Shown here: in pieces, positions 53,260-64,000 of the stretch
Layout of the letters: every line of letters starts with the position of its first letter
How positions within the stretch are numbered: the first letter of the stretch is position 1
Assembly (NCBI GenBank): GCA_051047955.1
Contig: JBPGPT010000007.1
Span: forward strand, 62,001 to 126,000
Direction of reading: 5' to 3'
Length of the DNA stretch: 64,000 nucleotides
Source of the DNA: Cystobasidiomycetes sp. EMM_F5
Lineage: Eukaryota
The notes under the pieces: generated by a model
What the model saw: the letters and a program-made list of their open reading frames with translations, nothing else
The model's database searches: none
Told to the model about the DNA's origin: nothing
Position numbers and translations under genes: made by a program

Positions 53260-55278
53260 TCATTTCTTCTTCATTGCTTTAACAGCGGACTTGGTCTTGA
53301 CGTCCTTGCTATCGCTGTGGAAAGAGAGAGAGAGAGAGATAGCGAGAGCGCGAGGCAGGCGGACGTCAGTCGCCGAGATGCATTAAAGCAGCCAGATTGT
53401 TGGCTTACCTCTTCTGGACAGACTTGATGACACCAACAGCCACGGTCTGACGCATATCACGAACGGCGAAGCGGCCAAGGGGAGGATACTCGGAGAAGGA
53501 CTCAACGCACTGAGATAAGGGCAATTGATGACGATCAGCACGAGCGAATCATGCAGAACAGATTGAGCGCCATACCATAGGCTTGGTCGGCACCTAACAA
53601 GAGAAAAGGCGAAATGTTAGTGCATGCGCTTCGACGGGCGCAACTACGCTCGTATGCCGAGCTTACCATTTTTACTATAGCCGAATCTCCAGACTTGATG
53701 AACTCTGCATAAGTTCATCGTTAAAAGACGAATCGTAACAGTGCGAGTGAAGAGCGACGTACTGGGTTCTGTCTCGATTGCCTTACCGCTTCTTCTGTCG
53801 ATCTTTTCAAGCAGGGTATCTGTTAGAAGTATCTCAGCACCTGTTCCCAACCGGGGAGGTATTTTCGATACTGACCAAACTTGCAGGCAATGTGGGCCGT
53901 GTGGCAGTCGAGGATTGGAGAGTATCCGTTACCGATCTGACCTGGGTGATTGAGGACGATGACCTGAGCGTTGAAAGACGTAGCCTCTTTTGGTGGATCT
54001 TGCTTGGTGTCGCCGCATACATTGCCTCGTCGGATATCCTTCACAGAGACGTTCTTGATGTTGAATCCGACGCTGTCGCCTGGAATACCTTCTTCAGTAT
54101 CCTGATGATGCATCTGTACAGATCTTACTTCCGTGGTGACACTAGCGGGAGCGAAAGTGACAATCATGCCGGCTTTGATAACTCCAGTCTCGACGCGACC
54201 GACAGGGACGGTACCAATACCACCAATTTTGTAGACATCTTGCAGAGGCAGTCGAAACGGCTTTTCAGTTGAACGGGTCGGCAGAGTAATTGCGTCGATT
54301 GCTTCGAGAAGTGTCTTGCCCTTGACATCACCATTCTTTGTCTCCTTGGTCCAGCCTTTGAACCAAGCTAGATTTTTAGACTCCTCGAGCATGTTGTCGC
54401 CATTCCAGCCAGAGATGGGTACGAATGCGACCTCCTTAGGTTTGAAGCCGACTTTCTTGATAAAAGTTGATGTCTCTTTGACAATCTCGTCAAAGCGGGC
54501 CTCAGACCAGTTTGCTGTGTCCATCTTGTTGACTGCAACGATAAGCTGCTGCACGCCAAGCGTATACGCGAGAAGAGCGTGCTCGCGTGTCTGCCCGTCT
54601 TTGGAGATTCCGGCCTCGAACTCGCCAGTACCTGCAGCAATGATAAGTATAGCACAGTCTGCCTGAGATGTTCCAGTAATCATGTCTGGTCGAAATCAGT
54701 GGTTGTGAAAACAAACATAACGTGGCAACCTACTTTTGATGAAGTCGCGGTGTCCGGGAGCGTCAATAACTGTTACGAAGTATTTTGGCGTTTCGAATTT
54801 CCATAATGCAATGTCAATGGTGATGCCTCGTTCACGCTCTGCTTTGAGCTTATCTAAAATCCAGGCGTATTTGAAAGACCCTTTGCCCAGCTCGGCGGCC
54901 TCTTTCTCGAATTTCTCGATAGTACCTGCGCACGGCATCGCGCGTAAGCTGCATATGCAAAGGTAGCAAAGAGAAAGGATTGTATAAGACTGACGCTTAT
55001 CAATGCCGCCACATTTGTAAATCAAGTGGCCAGTGGTGGTCGATTTGCCGCTGCCTTGCTTCGTGAGTATCGCACATCAGTAAAGTAGGGTACTGGACGT
55101 ACGAGTCAACGTGACCGATGACCACAACGCTGTATACATGGTCCCAACGTCAGCGTGCCTCCACGTGTAGAGCAACATCAAACAAACCTGATGTTAGCCT
55201 TGTCTTTGCTGAAGACCGCAACAATACAGTGTCAGCGAAACCAGCAGATGTAGATATAGTGAGCATGGCTTACCCCAT
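53260..55278 (-). CDS. Divergent translation elongation factor 1-alpha paralog (intact reading frame)
   Basis: Spliced [76 protein letters not shown], ending KAMKKK. All introns are GT-AG and I saw no frameshift. Confidence 0.92.
53323..53339. repeat. (AG)n microsatellite forming the polypyrimidine tract of the last intron of the divergent eEF1A
   Basis: agagagagagagagaga next to the minus-strand acceptor ...ctctctttccacag. Confidence 0.7.
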
Positions 55279-55953
55279 GGCGTTTGATTAGCGCGAAGGA
55301 CTCTGTAGAGAGCGGTTGATTAAGGACGAGATGGCGGTTCTAGCAACCGAAGTGAGACTGCTGTGAGGAGGGAAGGAGACACCGCAAAGCATGCAATGCA
55401 GCTATTCAGTGCATTTGGTATGGTTGGACTTTGACTCGTCCTTTGGGTCAAACGCTTAATGATTAACGGCAGCGACATGCGTTCGACAAGTTCACAATGC
55501 CCTGTCCAGCGTTTAACATCGTGTTATGACATGCGCTTGCGACACCTGAGTGCTGACTCAGCGATGGATGTGTCAACTGTTGGCTCAGTAGACTGCGCAT
55601 AGTACAGTCAGCGGTGACACCGGTCAGTAGCGGTCATGAGAAATATGAGCAAGCAAGCGACAGCAGACAAAGGAGTCAGAAGAGTCACGGGTGTGCCAAT
55701 CAGCGATGTCTCGATAGCACTGCGGACTGCACTCTCGGAAATTGTAGATGAGAAATGCGGTTGGGAGAGCAGCGGGAGAAAGACAAAGGGTTGCTGTCTA
55801 CAAGACTAAGCCGTACAATTTAGATGCTTGCTACCATAGAATGGCTCTTACTGAAATCCATACCCCAGCGGCAGATCCTCCTTGTGGGAAAGGTAGGCCG
55901 AACCTACTCCGGCCGAAAGAAAAAAGCAACGAGCGCTCAGAGGCGAAAGTTGC

Positions 55954-58017
55954 TTACTTCTTCTTCAAGGCTTTCTCAGCAGCTGTTGGAAACAAGTCAG
56001 TCATGTTCATAGCTCGATGATGAAACGGCTGACCTTTTGTGACCTTCGATTTGCCATCGCTGTTATATACAATCGTTAGATGATGTTTCAAAAAGGGTAA
56101 AGTGGCGTTCCGCCCAAACTCACGACTTGACGACGGACTTGACGACACCGACAGCGACGGTTTGCCTCATGTCACGGACAGCGAATCGTCCGAGTGGTGG
56201 GTAGTCGGAGAAGGACTCAACGCACTATTGCGGAGAAAGCGAAAAAACCGGACAAAGTCAGTCGAGGGGACAAGAATTCTTGAATGGCGGAGCACCACAT
56301 ACCATTGGCTTTGTTGGGACCATCTTGACGATTGCGGCATCTCCCGACTTGACGAACTTCTGTAGACGCGGATACGCAGCAATGCAAAATGTCAGATACT
56401 GGGACCTGACCACGGCAACTGGAAACGAAATTACCGGCTCGGTTTCAATTGCTTTACCAGTTCTTCTGTCGATCTTCTCAAGCAGGGTGTCTGTTTTAGG
56501 GATGTTTCAGCACATAGCACCGGCCAACAGGGATGTTCTCGCCACTAACCGAACTTGCAGGCAATGTGGGCAGTGTGGCAGTCGAGAACTGGAGAGTATC
56601 CGTTACCAATCTGACCTGGGTGGTTGAGGACGATGACCTGGGCGTTGAAAGAAGCGGCTTCCTTTGGCGGGTCCTGCTTGGAGTCACCGCAGACGTTGCC
56701 ACGACGGATATCCTTGACCGAGACGTTCTTGATGTTGAATCCGACATTGTCACCTGGGAGACCGGCCTCGAGCTGCTCGTGGTGCATCTCGACAGACTTG
56801 ACTTCGGTGGTGACGGCAGACGGGGCAAAAGTGACAACCATACCGGCCTTGATGGTACCGGTCTCTACACGACCGACTGGTACCGTTCCGATACCGCCAA
56901 TCTTGTAGACATCCTGGAGTGGCAGACGGAGTGGCTTGTCGGTTGGGCGCGAGGGAGGCTCGATAGCGTCAATGGCTTCGAGGAGGGTCTTGCCCTTGAC
57001 CTCACCGGCCTTGGTCTCCTTCTTCCAGCCCTTGAACCATCCCATGTTGGTGGACTCCTCCAACATGTTGTCTCCGTGCCATCCGGAGATGGGTACGAAA
57101 GCAACCTGCTTGGGGTTGAAACCGACCTTCTTGATAAAGTTGGAGGTTTCCTTTACGATTTCCTCGTAACGAGCCTCGGCCCACTTGGCAGTGTCCATCT
57201 TGTTGATGGCAACGATGAGCTGACGGACACCGAGGGTGAAGGCCAACAGAGCGTGCTCGCGGGTCTGGCCGTCCTTGGAGATACCGGCCTCAAACTCACC
57301 AGTACCGGCGGCAATGATGAGGATGGCGCAATCAGCCTGGGAGGTACCAGTGATCATGTCTGCGGGGATACAACGTTAGCGGTGCGATCAGTCGCGAACA
57401 AGATGGACTTTCCACTCACTCTTGATGAAATCACGGTGACCTGGGGCATCAATGACGGTGACAAAGTACTTTGGAGTCTCGAACTTCCAGAGAGCGATAT
57501 CGATTGTGATACCACGCTCACGCTCGGCCTTGAGCTTGTCGAGTACCCAGGCATACTTGAAGGAACCCTTTCCGAGTTCAGCAGCCTCCTTCTCGAACTT
57601 CTCGATGGTACCTGTGAGAATAACGGGTATAGTTAGCATTGAAGGATTTTTCAGTGGCGGACGGGATTGAAGATTTTGCATGCAGCGAGTGGATGAAACG
57701 AGACGGCTACTCACGCTTGTCGATACCACCGCACTTGTAGATCAAGTGGCCGGTAGTGGTAGACTTGCCGCTGAGATGGACGTTTCGAGGTTAGATTGGT
57801 GGTCTGAGCGCAGATTGAGCCGTCAAGACTTACGAATCTACGTGTCCGATAACGACGACGCTGGAGCGAGAATGTCAGACGGCGAGCAGAGCAGAGTGTA
57901 TCTTGGGTATCCTCACTTGATGTGACCCTTCTCTTTACTGCAACGCGGTATCCAAGTCAGCGGGTCCTGCCAATAGGAAGCGCGAATCGCTTCGGAGTTT
58001 CTCTCGACTCACCCCAT
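55954..58017 (-). CDS. TEF1: Translation elongation factor 1-alpha (canonical copy)
   Basis: Spliced [25 protein letters not shown]...VEMHHEQL...GDNVGFN...[10 protein letters not shown]...AAEKALKKK, with strong C-ending codon bias typical of high expression. Confidence 0.97.
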
Positions 58018-59426
58018 GGCTGGTTACTGTGTATTGTTTGTTGTTTTGCGTGTTTTGTGATTGGTTTGCTAGCGGTGCTAGTTCGTTGATGCCTCCAATT
58101 ATTGCAGGGTGAACGTTGGAGAATTTCCAAGTCCCTCGCTGCGTGCCTTGCCAGATTTCAAGGGGCCGAGCAGGATTTCTTCCCTCGCAATGACTAAGCA
58201 ATCGACGACAAGGCGATTTTTTCGCTTTTTGAAAGAAAGAAAGCGGAGAAGGTGGACATGGTGTAGGGGGGCCTGAGTGGGTGTGTACTACTGGAAACAC
58301 TGGAGTAATAATGTGCACAAGGAAAGATTACCTAACTACCAACTATTCCTTCATTTGACACAGTCTACTGCAATCAGCTGACTGGAGTAGCAATCATGCT
58401 GACAGAGGACCACTCCTTACCCACTATTCACTCCCTTTGCAGCTGTACTTGGCAAACGACCTTTTCGCACAGCTCTTACAGCTAATTTAGTCATTGAACG
58501 CCCAATAGACATCCCTCGCTCGTCAGAGATCAGCATGACTGCGTCTGCATTGATGTCGATGGGCGTCAAGACGCACGTTACAGACGCTTTCAGATCAGAA
58601 GCGCTCGCTGGAAGGAACCCACTGTTCTGAATTAATGGGGTTCCATTTCCCCACTCATAGGGCCGTTCCTTTTTGATGGACACTGTAGAGGATTAGCCAT
58701 TAAAGATTGACTTAGGACAGGCAACCATACTTCAACAATTTTCCCTGTATAGATAGGCTAACTACGTACCGCCATCGTTCCTGGCAGATAGTAATCGCGT
58801 CAGACTTCATCAGCAGTATCGGCGAAGCAGAATAATTAGCACGAGGATAGTGTCTTCACTGCTTCAGTATTAGTCGCAGAGCAGTCTACATCAAGGCTTG
58901 CCGACCTCAAATCAGTGTATGACATCAGAGGTCTGGCCGACGTCGACGTCGCGACGCCGAGCTGTTCTCATTTCAATCAACTGCAGGCAGACACCCAGCC
59001 CCTCAGGCTGTCGACCATATCTTCAGCATTGGCGATCAACCAAGGCACATCCATGATCCTGTCCTACGGGCTTTGCTAAATCCATGCGACATAAAAAAGG
59101 ATATCGACTTGATAAACACACTGGACGGTATATATGATTGATTTATACAATGCTCTCGCAGCATTGCTGTGAACTGGCCAACAAGCTACTTTCTACTGTT
59201 TAAAGTCTGCTCTGGCTAGAGCTAACCCACATCGCTCAACCAATATCTCGCATTGACTGCATGAGAGCGATGTAGCGGCAGTGGCAGTCTGTGGTGCCTT
59301 CACGGGAAATCTGTGTGAACGGCAAGCATACAAGGCATATGATGACACTCGGTGATATTGCAAGGTCAACTACCCAGCCAACCACAGTTTCTAGACCTGC
59401 CTAACATATTGCCCTCCTAAAACACC

Positions 59427-60738
59427 TTACGATCCGCCAAACTCCGCACCGGCCTGCTCATTCTTTTGATTTGAGATGCGCTTCTCCTTCTCGCCTTCGA
59501 GCTGCGAGTAGAGCAAGAATAACGCCTTTTCAAGTGCATCAGATGAGCCAGTGATGGTAAACATCCGTTCGCCAGATTCGTCATGCGCATCTTTGGCAAT
59601 GCTGATCTTGGCGCCAGAGTCGTGTCTGATCTGATTAATCTTGACGCCGGCCCGTCCGATGATACAGCCAACCATATCGCTGGGAATCGAGATGTTTTGT
59701 GTACGAAGTTCAGGATTAGATGGAGTGGGGACGGCTTGCGAGGCGTGCGCTGCACTTGCACCACCTTGAGCACTGGTGAAATTGCCGGTATTTGGACCTC
59801 GGGGCTGACCGTTCGATGGCCCTCCCTGCCGACGTGGCACACTGTTAGGCTGCCTGTCAGAAAATCCTCCACGGTTTCCGCCAGTGTTCCCAAACGGTGC
59901 ACGGCCGTACCCTCCAGGACCAGCAATGATGGGTACACCGCCGCCGAACATGGCTTGGGGACTCGAGGGGCCACCTTGCGTAAGCTGACCATGACCACCA
60001 GGTTGGTACAGTGTGTTACTTTGCACACGAGCCGCGTCTTGTTCAGAGATGATGCGTGCCAATTCGCCAATTGTGGATTGTACAGCCGAGCTGCTGCCTT
60101 CGATGGACACCATGCGTTCAGTTGAGCCGGGGAGTGTCTCCTTGCTAGTGATAATCTTTGTACTGTGCTCCTGCTGAAGAGCTTGGATGGTAGCACCACC
60201 TTTGCCAATGATACTGCCCATGAGAGAATTGGCAACCAAGAGCTTGACATTGATGGTGGAAGCGTCGTTGCCTTCGCCGTTTGCGGCTTGATTTTCCGAG
60301 AGGTTTTGCAGGATTGTGCCAAAGGCCTATACCCCAACAAACAGTGTCAGAAGTACAGTCGTATGAGAAGAGATCAGACCGCACCTTTGTGACGCCCTCA
60401 AGCGATCCAGATACGGTCAAGACACGGTCTTGAACTCCAGGCACAACTTTCGACACTCCGGCTCTGACGCCAGTCTGTTCTCGGAGGTCTGCGACATTCT
60501 TTCCTGCTTTTCCGATGATGATACCGGCGTCCTTTGAAGAAACGATAGCCCGTAGATTGATCTGTTGAGGCCCGCTCGAGGCGGAAGGCGAGGTTGGGTT
60601 TGCGCTGCTTCCAGCTGCAGCCGGGGCAGCAGTCTTGGCGGAAACAGAGCCATTACTGGTGTTTGCTGCAGCGCTACTGCTGCCAGCTACCGCCGGAGCC
60701 TCGATGGGCGTAGGGGGAGCCGCTGTGTCGAGGGACAT
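59427..60738 (-). CDS. Triple KH-domain RNA-binding protein (hnRNP K/PCBP-like; Hek2/Pbp2/Rnc1 group)
   Basis: Three GxxG KH motifs: IIIGKAGKNV, IIGKGGATI, IIGRAGVKINQIR. One intron at about 60327-60383. Confidence 0.9.
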
Positions 60739-61361
60739 ATTTTATGGGATCAGAGCAGGAAAGCGTCGGACGGCGGTGCGATGGGATTGTGAAGCGATTT
60801 GAGATCCACGAGGCTGGCAGATGCAATGTAAAAGGTCTGGTCGAGGTCTGACTCCAAGTGCCTGGGATGACTGTGCCGTTTGTCGTCCGAGACAAGAAGT
60901 CGAAGAAGTCGAGTGGGCGGATGGTGAGGGATTGCTGTATGGGTCTCTGGACAACAGCTGGGTGTTGGAGCAGGTTGGCGAGGTAGGTCGAGAGCGATAG
61001 TAGGTGCGAAACAAAAAGGCAATGGCCGACAAGTCGGAATCATGGTCAGATTGATTCTATGGCTAGGTCTTAGCGCAAGGTGAAGGGTAAGTCTGTGAGA
61101 ACCGGTATTGTGCTGAAGAAGTACTTGCTTCCCCGCAACGTTGCATTTGTAGAAACGATATTTTCCGCAAAAGCAATTGGACACGAAGGATATAAGGATC
61201 GTCACGAAGCCTTGTTTTCGTCATCAATTCATGCGATAACACGATAATTTTAATGGTACATTGTCTTGGACAGGACTATCTACGGCGAAATGACCTAAAG
61301 ATTACGGAGAATGCTCGTTCTCATCGAATTAATGCGTCATGAAGCCAACGAGGCATATTGC

Positions 61362-63562
61362 TCAGAACGACGGTGCGTTGAGGAGGATACTGAGGTTTGA
61401 GAAACATCAGTAATGGCTCCAGTACTTTCCCAAGCTTCTACTCACCCCATAAGGACACCAGCCAGCGTTCCGGCGATTGGAATAGTCATGATCCAGGCGA
61501 AGACAAGGAGACCAACTCGCTGCCAGTTGACTGCACCCAAGCGTCCGTTGCAGAGACCTACACCGACAGTTGCACCAGTGATGCACATGGATGTAGAAAC
61601 GGGCAGAGAGTATTGGGAGAAGACGAGAACGGTGATGGCGGCACCCATCTCCATGGAGCATCCTCGTGATGGCGAGTGGTATGTCAACTTGTTGCCCATG
61701 ACCTTCATGATGTTGTAGCCATAAGTGATGAGACCGACGGAAATAGTTGCAGACAAGACGGCCAACTGCCAAACGGGTACTGGAGCCTTGGAAGCCGCAG
61801 CATTACCAGTGGACCAAGCAGAGTAGATAACGGCCCATGGTCCAACTGAACAAAACGAAAAGTCAGCAGAATTCCAGTTGTATTCAGTCGCGGGATCTCT
61901 GCTTACCAGAGTTACCAATATCGTTAGCACCGTGAGCAAAGGACGCAGTGCAGGCAGTGATAACCTGGACGAAAGAGTAGGTGTGTTCGACTTCGTTGGG
62001 GTACTTTTTGGCGAACGAGTAGACTCGAGCCATTCGGTCACCTTCAGGGGTTCCGGCGATACCAGACTGGGCAGAGTGGATATCGTAGTGAAGACCGTAG
62101 AGCAGAGCGACGACAATTTGAGCAGGCAGACGGACGAAGAGGAGGTTCTTCATGTTCTTGATCTCGTAAATCTCTCCGGCGCCCATTGGGTTGTCGCGAA
62201 GTCTGCGCATAGCCCAGCCAAGAGGGCCACGCTTCTTCTCGAGCTGTGCATGCAGCCTGCTGTCGCTCTGCTTCTGGAGCTCGCGGTAGGTGAGTTGAGA
62301 CTGCTCCACATCGGCGCTGGACAGTGGGGAAGGGTGAAGGTTCTTTTCGGGCATTTCGGAGATGGGAATATCGGCACTCGGCGAGTCTGGGTGGATCTTG
62401 CGCTCGTCGTAATCTCCACTGTCGGAGTTGGCAGAAGATGCAACGGTCTTGGCTGCGTCCTTTTCTGCCTGAACAACGCTGTAGTCTGGGACGGCGGCCT
62501 CGGTAGCATCGGCTGGGGCAGGGCGCGAGAAGAGGAGAGGACCGAGGAAGACGTGGTAGGCCTTAAGTGTGTAGTCCTTCTTGACGACCTTGGCATGCAC
62601 GTAGGGCACAAAGAAGAGGGCCGCGAGCGCCGCAAGACCAGCACCGGTACCAAGGCAGATTGCGGCAATATCCGCAGGTGGACGCTTATTGAGGCCGAGG
62701 GATGGAGATCCCTTGTAAACAATGGACAGAGTACAGATGGTTCCCGCGATGAGGAAGAAGAAGGGCGAGGTGTAGATTGACCACGGCACCGGGTTGGATC
62801 GCATGTGGACGACGATCTTGATGAGCATGAAGATGGCAGCACCGAAGCACGCCGAAATTGCTGGAGCCATTCCGAGACCGGCGAAGATAGCGCCGAGACC
62901 CTTGCCGTCGTTCCATCCCCATTGAACGTTGCTTGCACCGGCTACAGCTACACCGACACCGGCAACAGCGGAGACAAGAGAGTAAGTAGAGGAGACGTGG
63001 GCACTGTGAGGGGAATGATCAGCGTACGGTAGAATTGGGCTATTAGACTTAAACTTACGAGTGTCTGGTACACCACATGACCCAAGAGGAAGCGGCGGCA
63101 AGTGCGCATGTGAACGCAAGCATTTGTACTGGGGCGTTGTTTCTGAAGGCGCTTGTAGGCTAGTCGAGGTTTAGCTTTGTGTGCGACTGCCAAGCAGAGG
63201 AGCCTGCTTACAATGATACCGTTTTTAATTGTATCGGCTGTACGAGCTCCGACAGCGATAGCTCCGGTCATCTCGAAGATGGTCTGATTGCGGGAAGGTA
63301 TAATTTAGCTGGTTGGGGTACTCATTGGTAAATCTTTACTCACACCCAGGATCATGGCCTGGCGGTACGAGACTGAGCGTGAGCTGACACTCGTGGCCCA
63401 AGAATTGGCGACATCATTGGCGCCATTATTGTATGCATCGAGCATTGCGAAAAAGGTACCAATCGCAAACACATATGTGTATCTGGCGGTACTCGAGAGT
63501 GAGCATACTGCACTGAACAACGGCAACGTCCGTGCTTACTTTTCCATACCTGCGGCCGCCAT
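61362..63562 (-). CDS. PHO89: PiT-family sodium/phosphate symporter (Pho89-like)
   Basis: PiT signatures GANDVANSWATSV and FAHGANDIGNSVGP, plus HVSSTYS, SPSRGCSMEMGAAITV, PVSTSMCITGATVGVG. Confidence 0.92.
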
Positions 63563-63914
63563 GGCTGCTAGCTTCTTTTGCGATAAGGGTGGGTGGGGGC
63601 AGTCGAAGGGTACGGGGTCAGTGGGTGGATGTAGAGTCAGTCGAGGCGGGTAAGATACGTCGACGGTGGATGGGAAGAGAAGGAGCAGCAGCAGCTTCCC
63701 GCTATCTCTGCAATGTCAGCGCTGTAAAATCTTTCTGCAATCTGAATTTTCCGGCGACTTGTCCAAATCACGAACATGCCTCTTTCCCGACGAGCATTTG
63801 CGCGACTGCAGCTACACCTCCTCGCGTGCATCTCGCTTGGAAGACCGTACTCCGGGTCCAGCCCCAGCGGTTGTTGCAAGAAGATCAAGGCTTGGCACGA
63901 ATGTGCAGTCAGGT

Positions 63915-63973
63915 CACGTGTCTCAGATTGGACGTGTACGCCGAGCGTGGCAACAGATACCGACGCGCACGTT
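63915..63973. promoter_or_regulatory. Candidate Pho4-type E-boxes upstream of PHO89
   Basis: CACGTG at 63915-63920 and CACGTT at 63968-63973, about 350-410 bp upstream of the PHO89 ATG. These are the two known Pho4 site types in yeast, but function here is inferred. Confidence 0.45.
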
Positions 63974-64000
63974 CGGCAGACGGTGGTGGGGCGGGGATGA

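Noticed and set aside
56533..57636. 367-aa plus-strand ORF (and similar ones at 53778-54272, 59583-60125 and 61878-62780)
   Set aside because: These are antisense shadows of TEF1, its paralog, the KH gene and PHO89, caused by codon bias. They show no independent protein features.
58417..59000. 88-aa ORF and the palindrome CGACGTCGACGTCG upstream of TEF1
   Set aside because: The ORF has a non-ATG start and no recognisable features. The palindrome is a short CG-rich repeat with no supporting context.
1..64000. tRNA, rRNA, CRISPR arrays, transposons, telomeric repeats, alternative genetic code, cryptic PTS1 extensions
   Set aside because: None recognised by eye. Conserved proteins translate normally with the standard code, and the stop-codon extensions I checked do not end in SKL-like tripeptides. 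tRNAscan, Infernal and RepeatMasker runs would be needed to exclude small elements.

Overview
Gene-dense, intron-rich fungal genomic DNA, most consistent with a basidiomycete yeast (short 50-90 nt GT-AG introns with CTRAY-type branch sites, basidiomycete-style TEF1 intron pattern; lineage is an inference). I can reconstruct about 29 protein-coding genes. They include a partial PRP5 helicase, Zn-dehydrogenases, a phenol monooxygenase, an HMG-box factor, fimbrin, NEM1, a RasGEF, DLD1, DPH7, APC4, a carboxylesterase, an arrestin, YOP1, a dialkylglycine decarboxylase, DBP3, two tandem eEF1A genes, a KH-domain protein and PHO89. I found no tRNA, rRNA, CRISPR or recognisable transposon. The most unusual part is a ~5 kb minus-strand block (50286-55278) between DBP3 and canonical TEF1 that the ORF track fragments. 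It holds a 64-aa three-exon microprotein with an N-myristoylation motif and two tandem paralogous small secreted Cys-containing proteins with identical intron phases. It also holds a divergent eEF1A copy with substitutions in the aminoacyl-tRNA pocket and at the A399-equivalent drug-binding position. Exon boundaries were read by eye and need RNA-seq confirmation.
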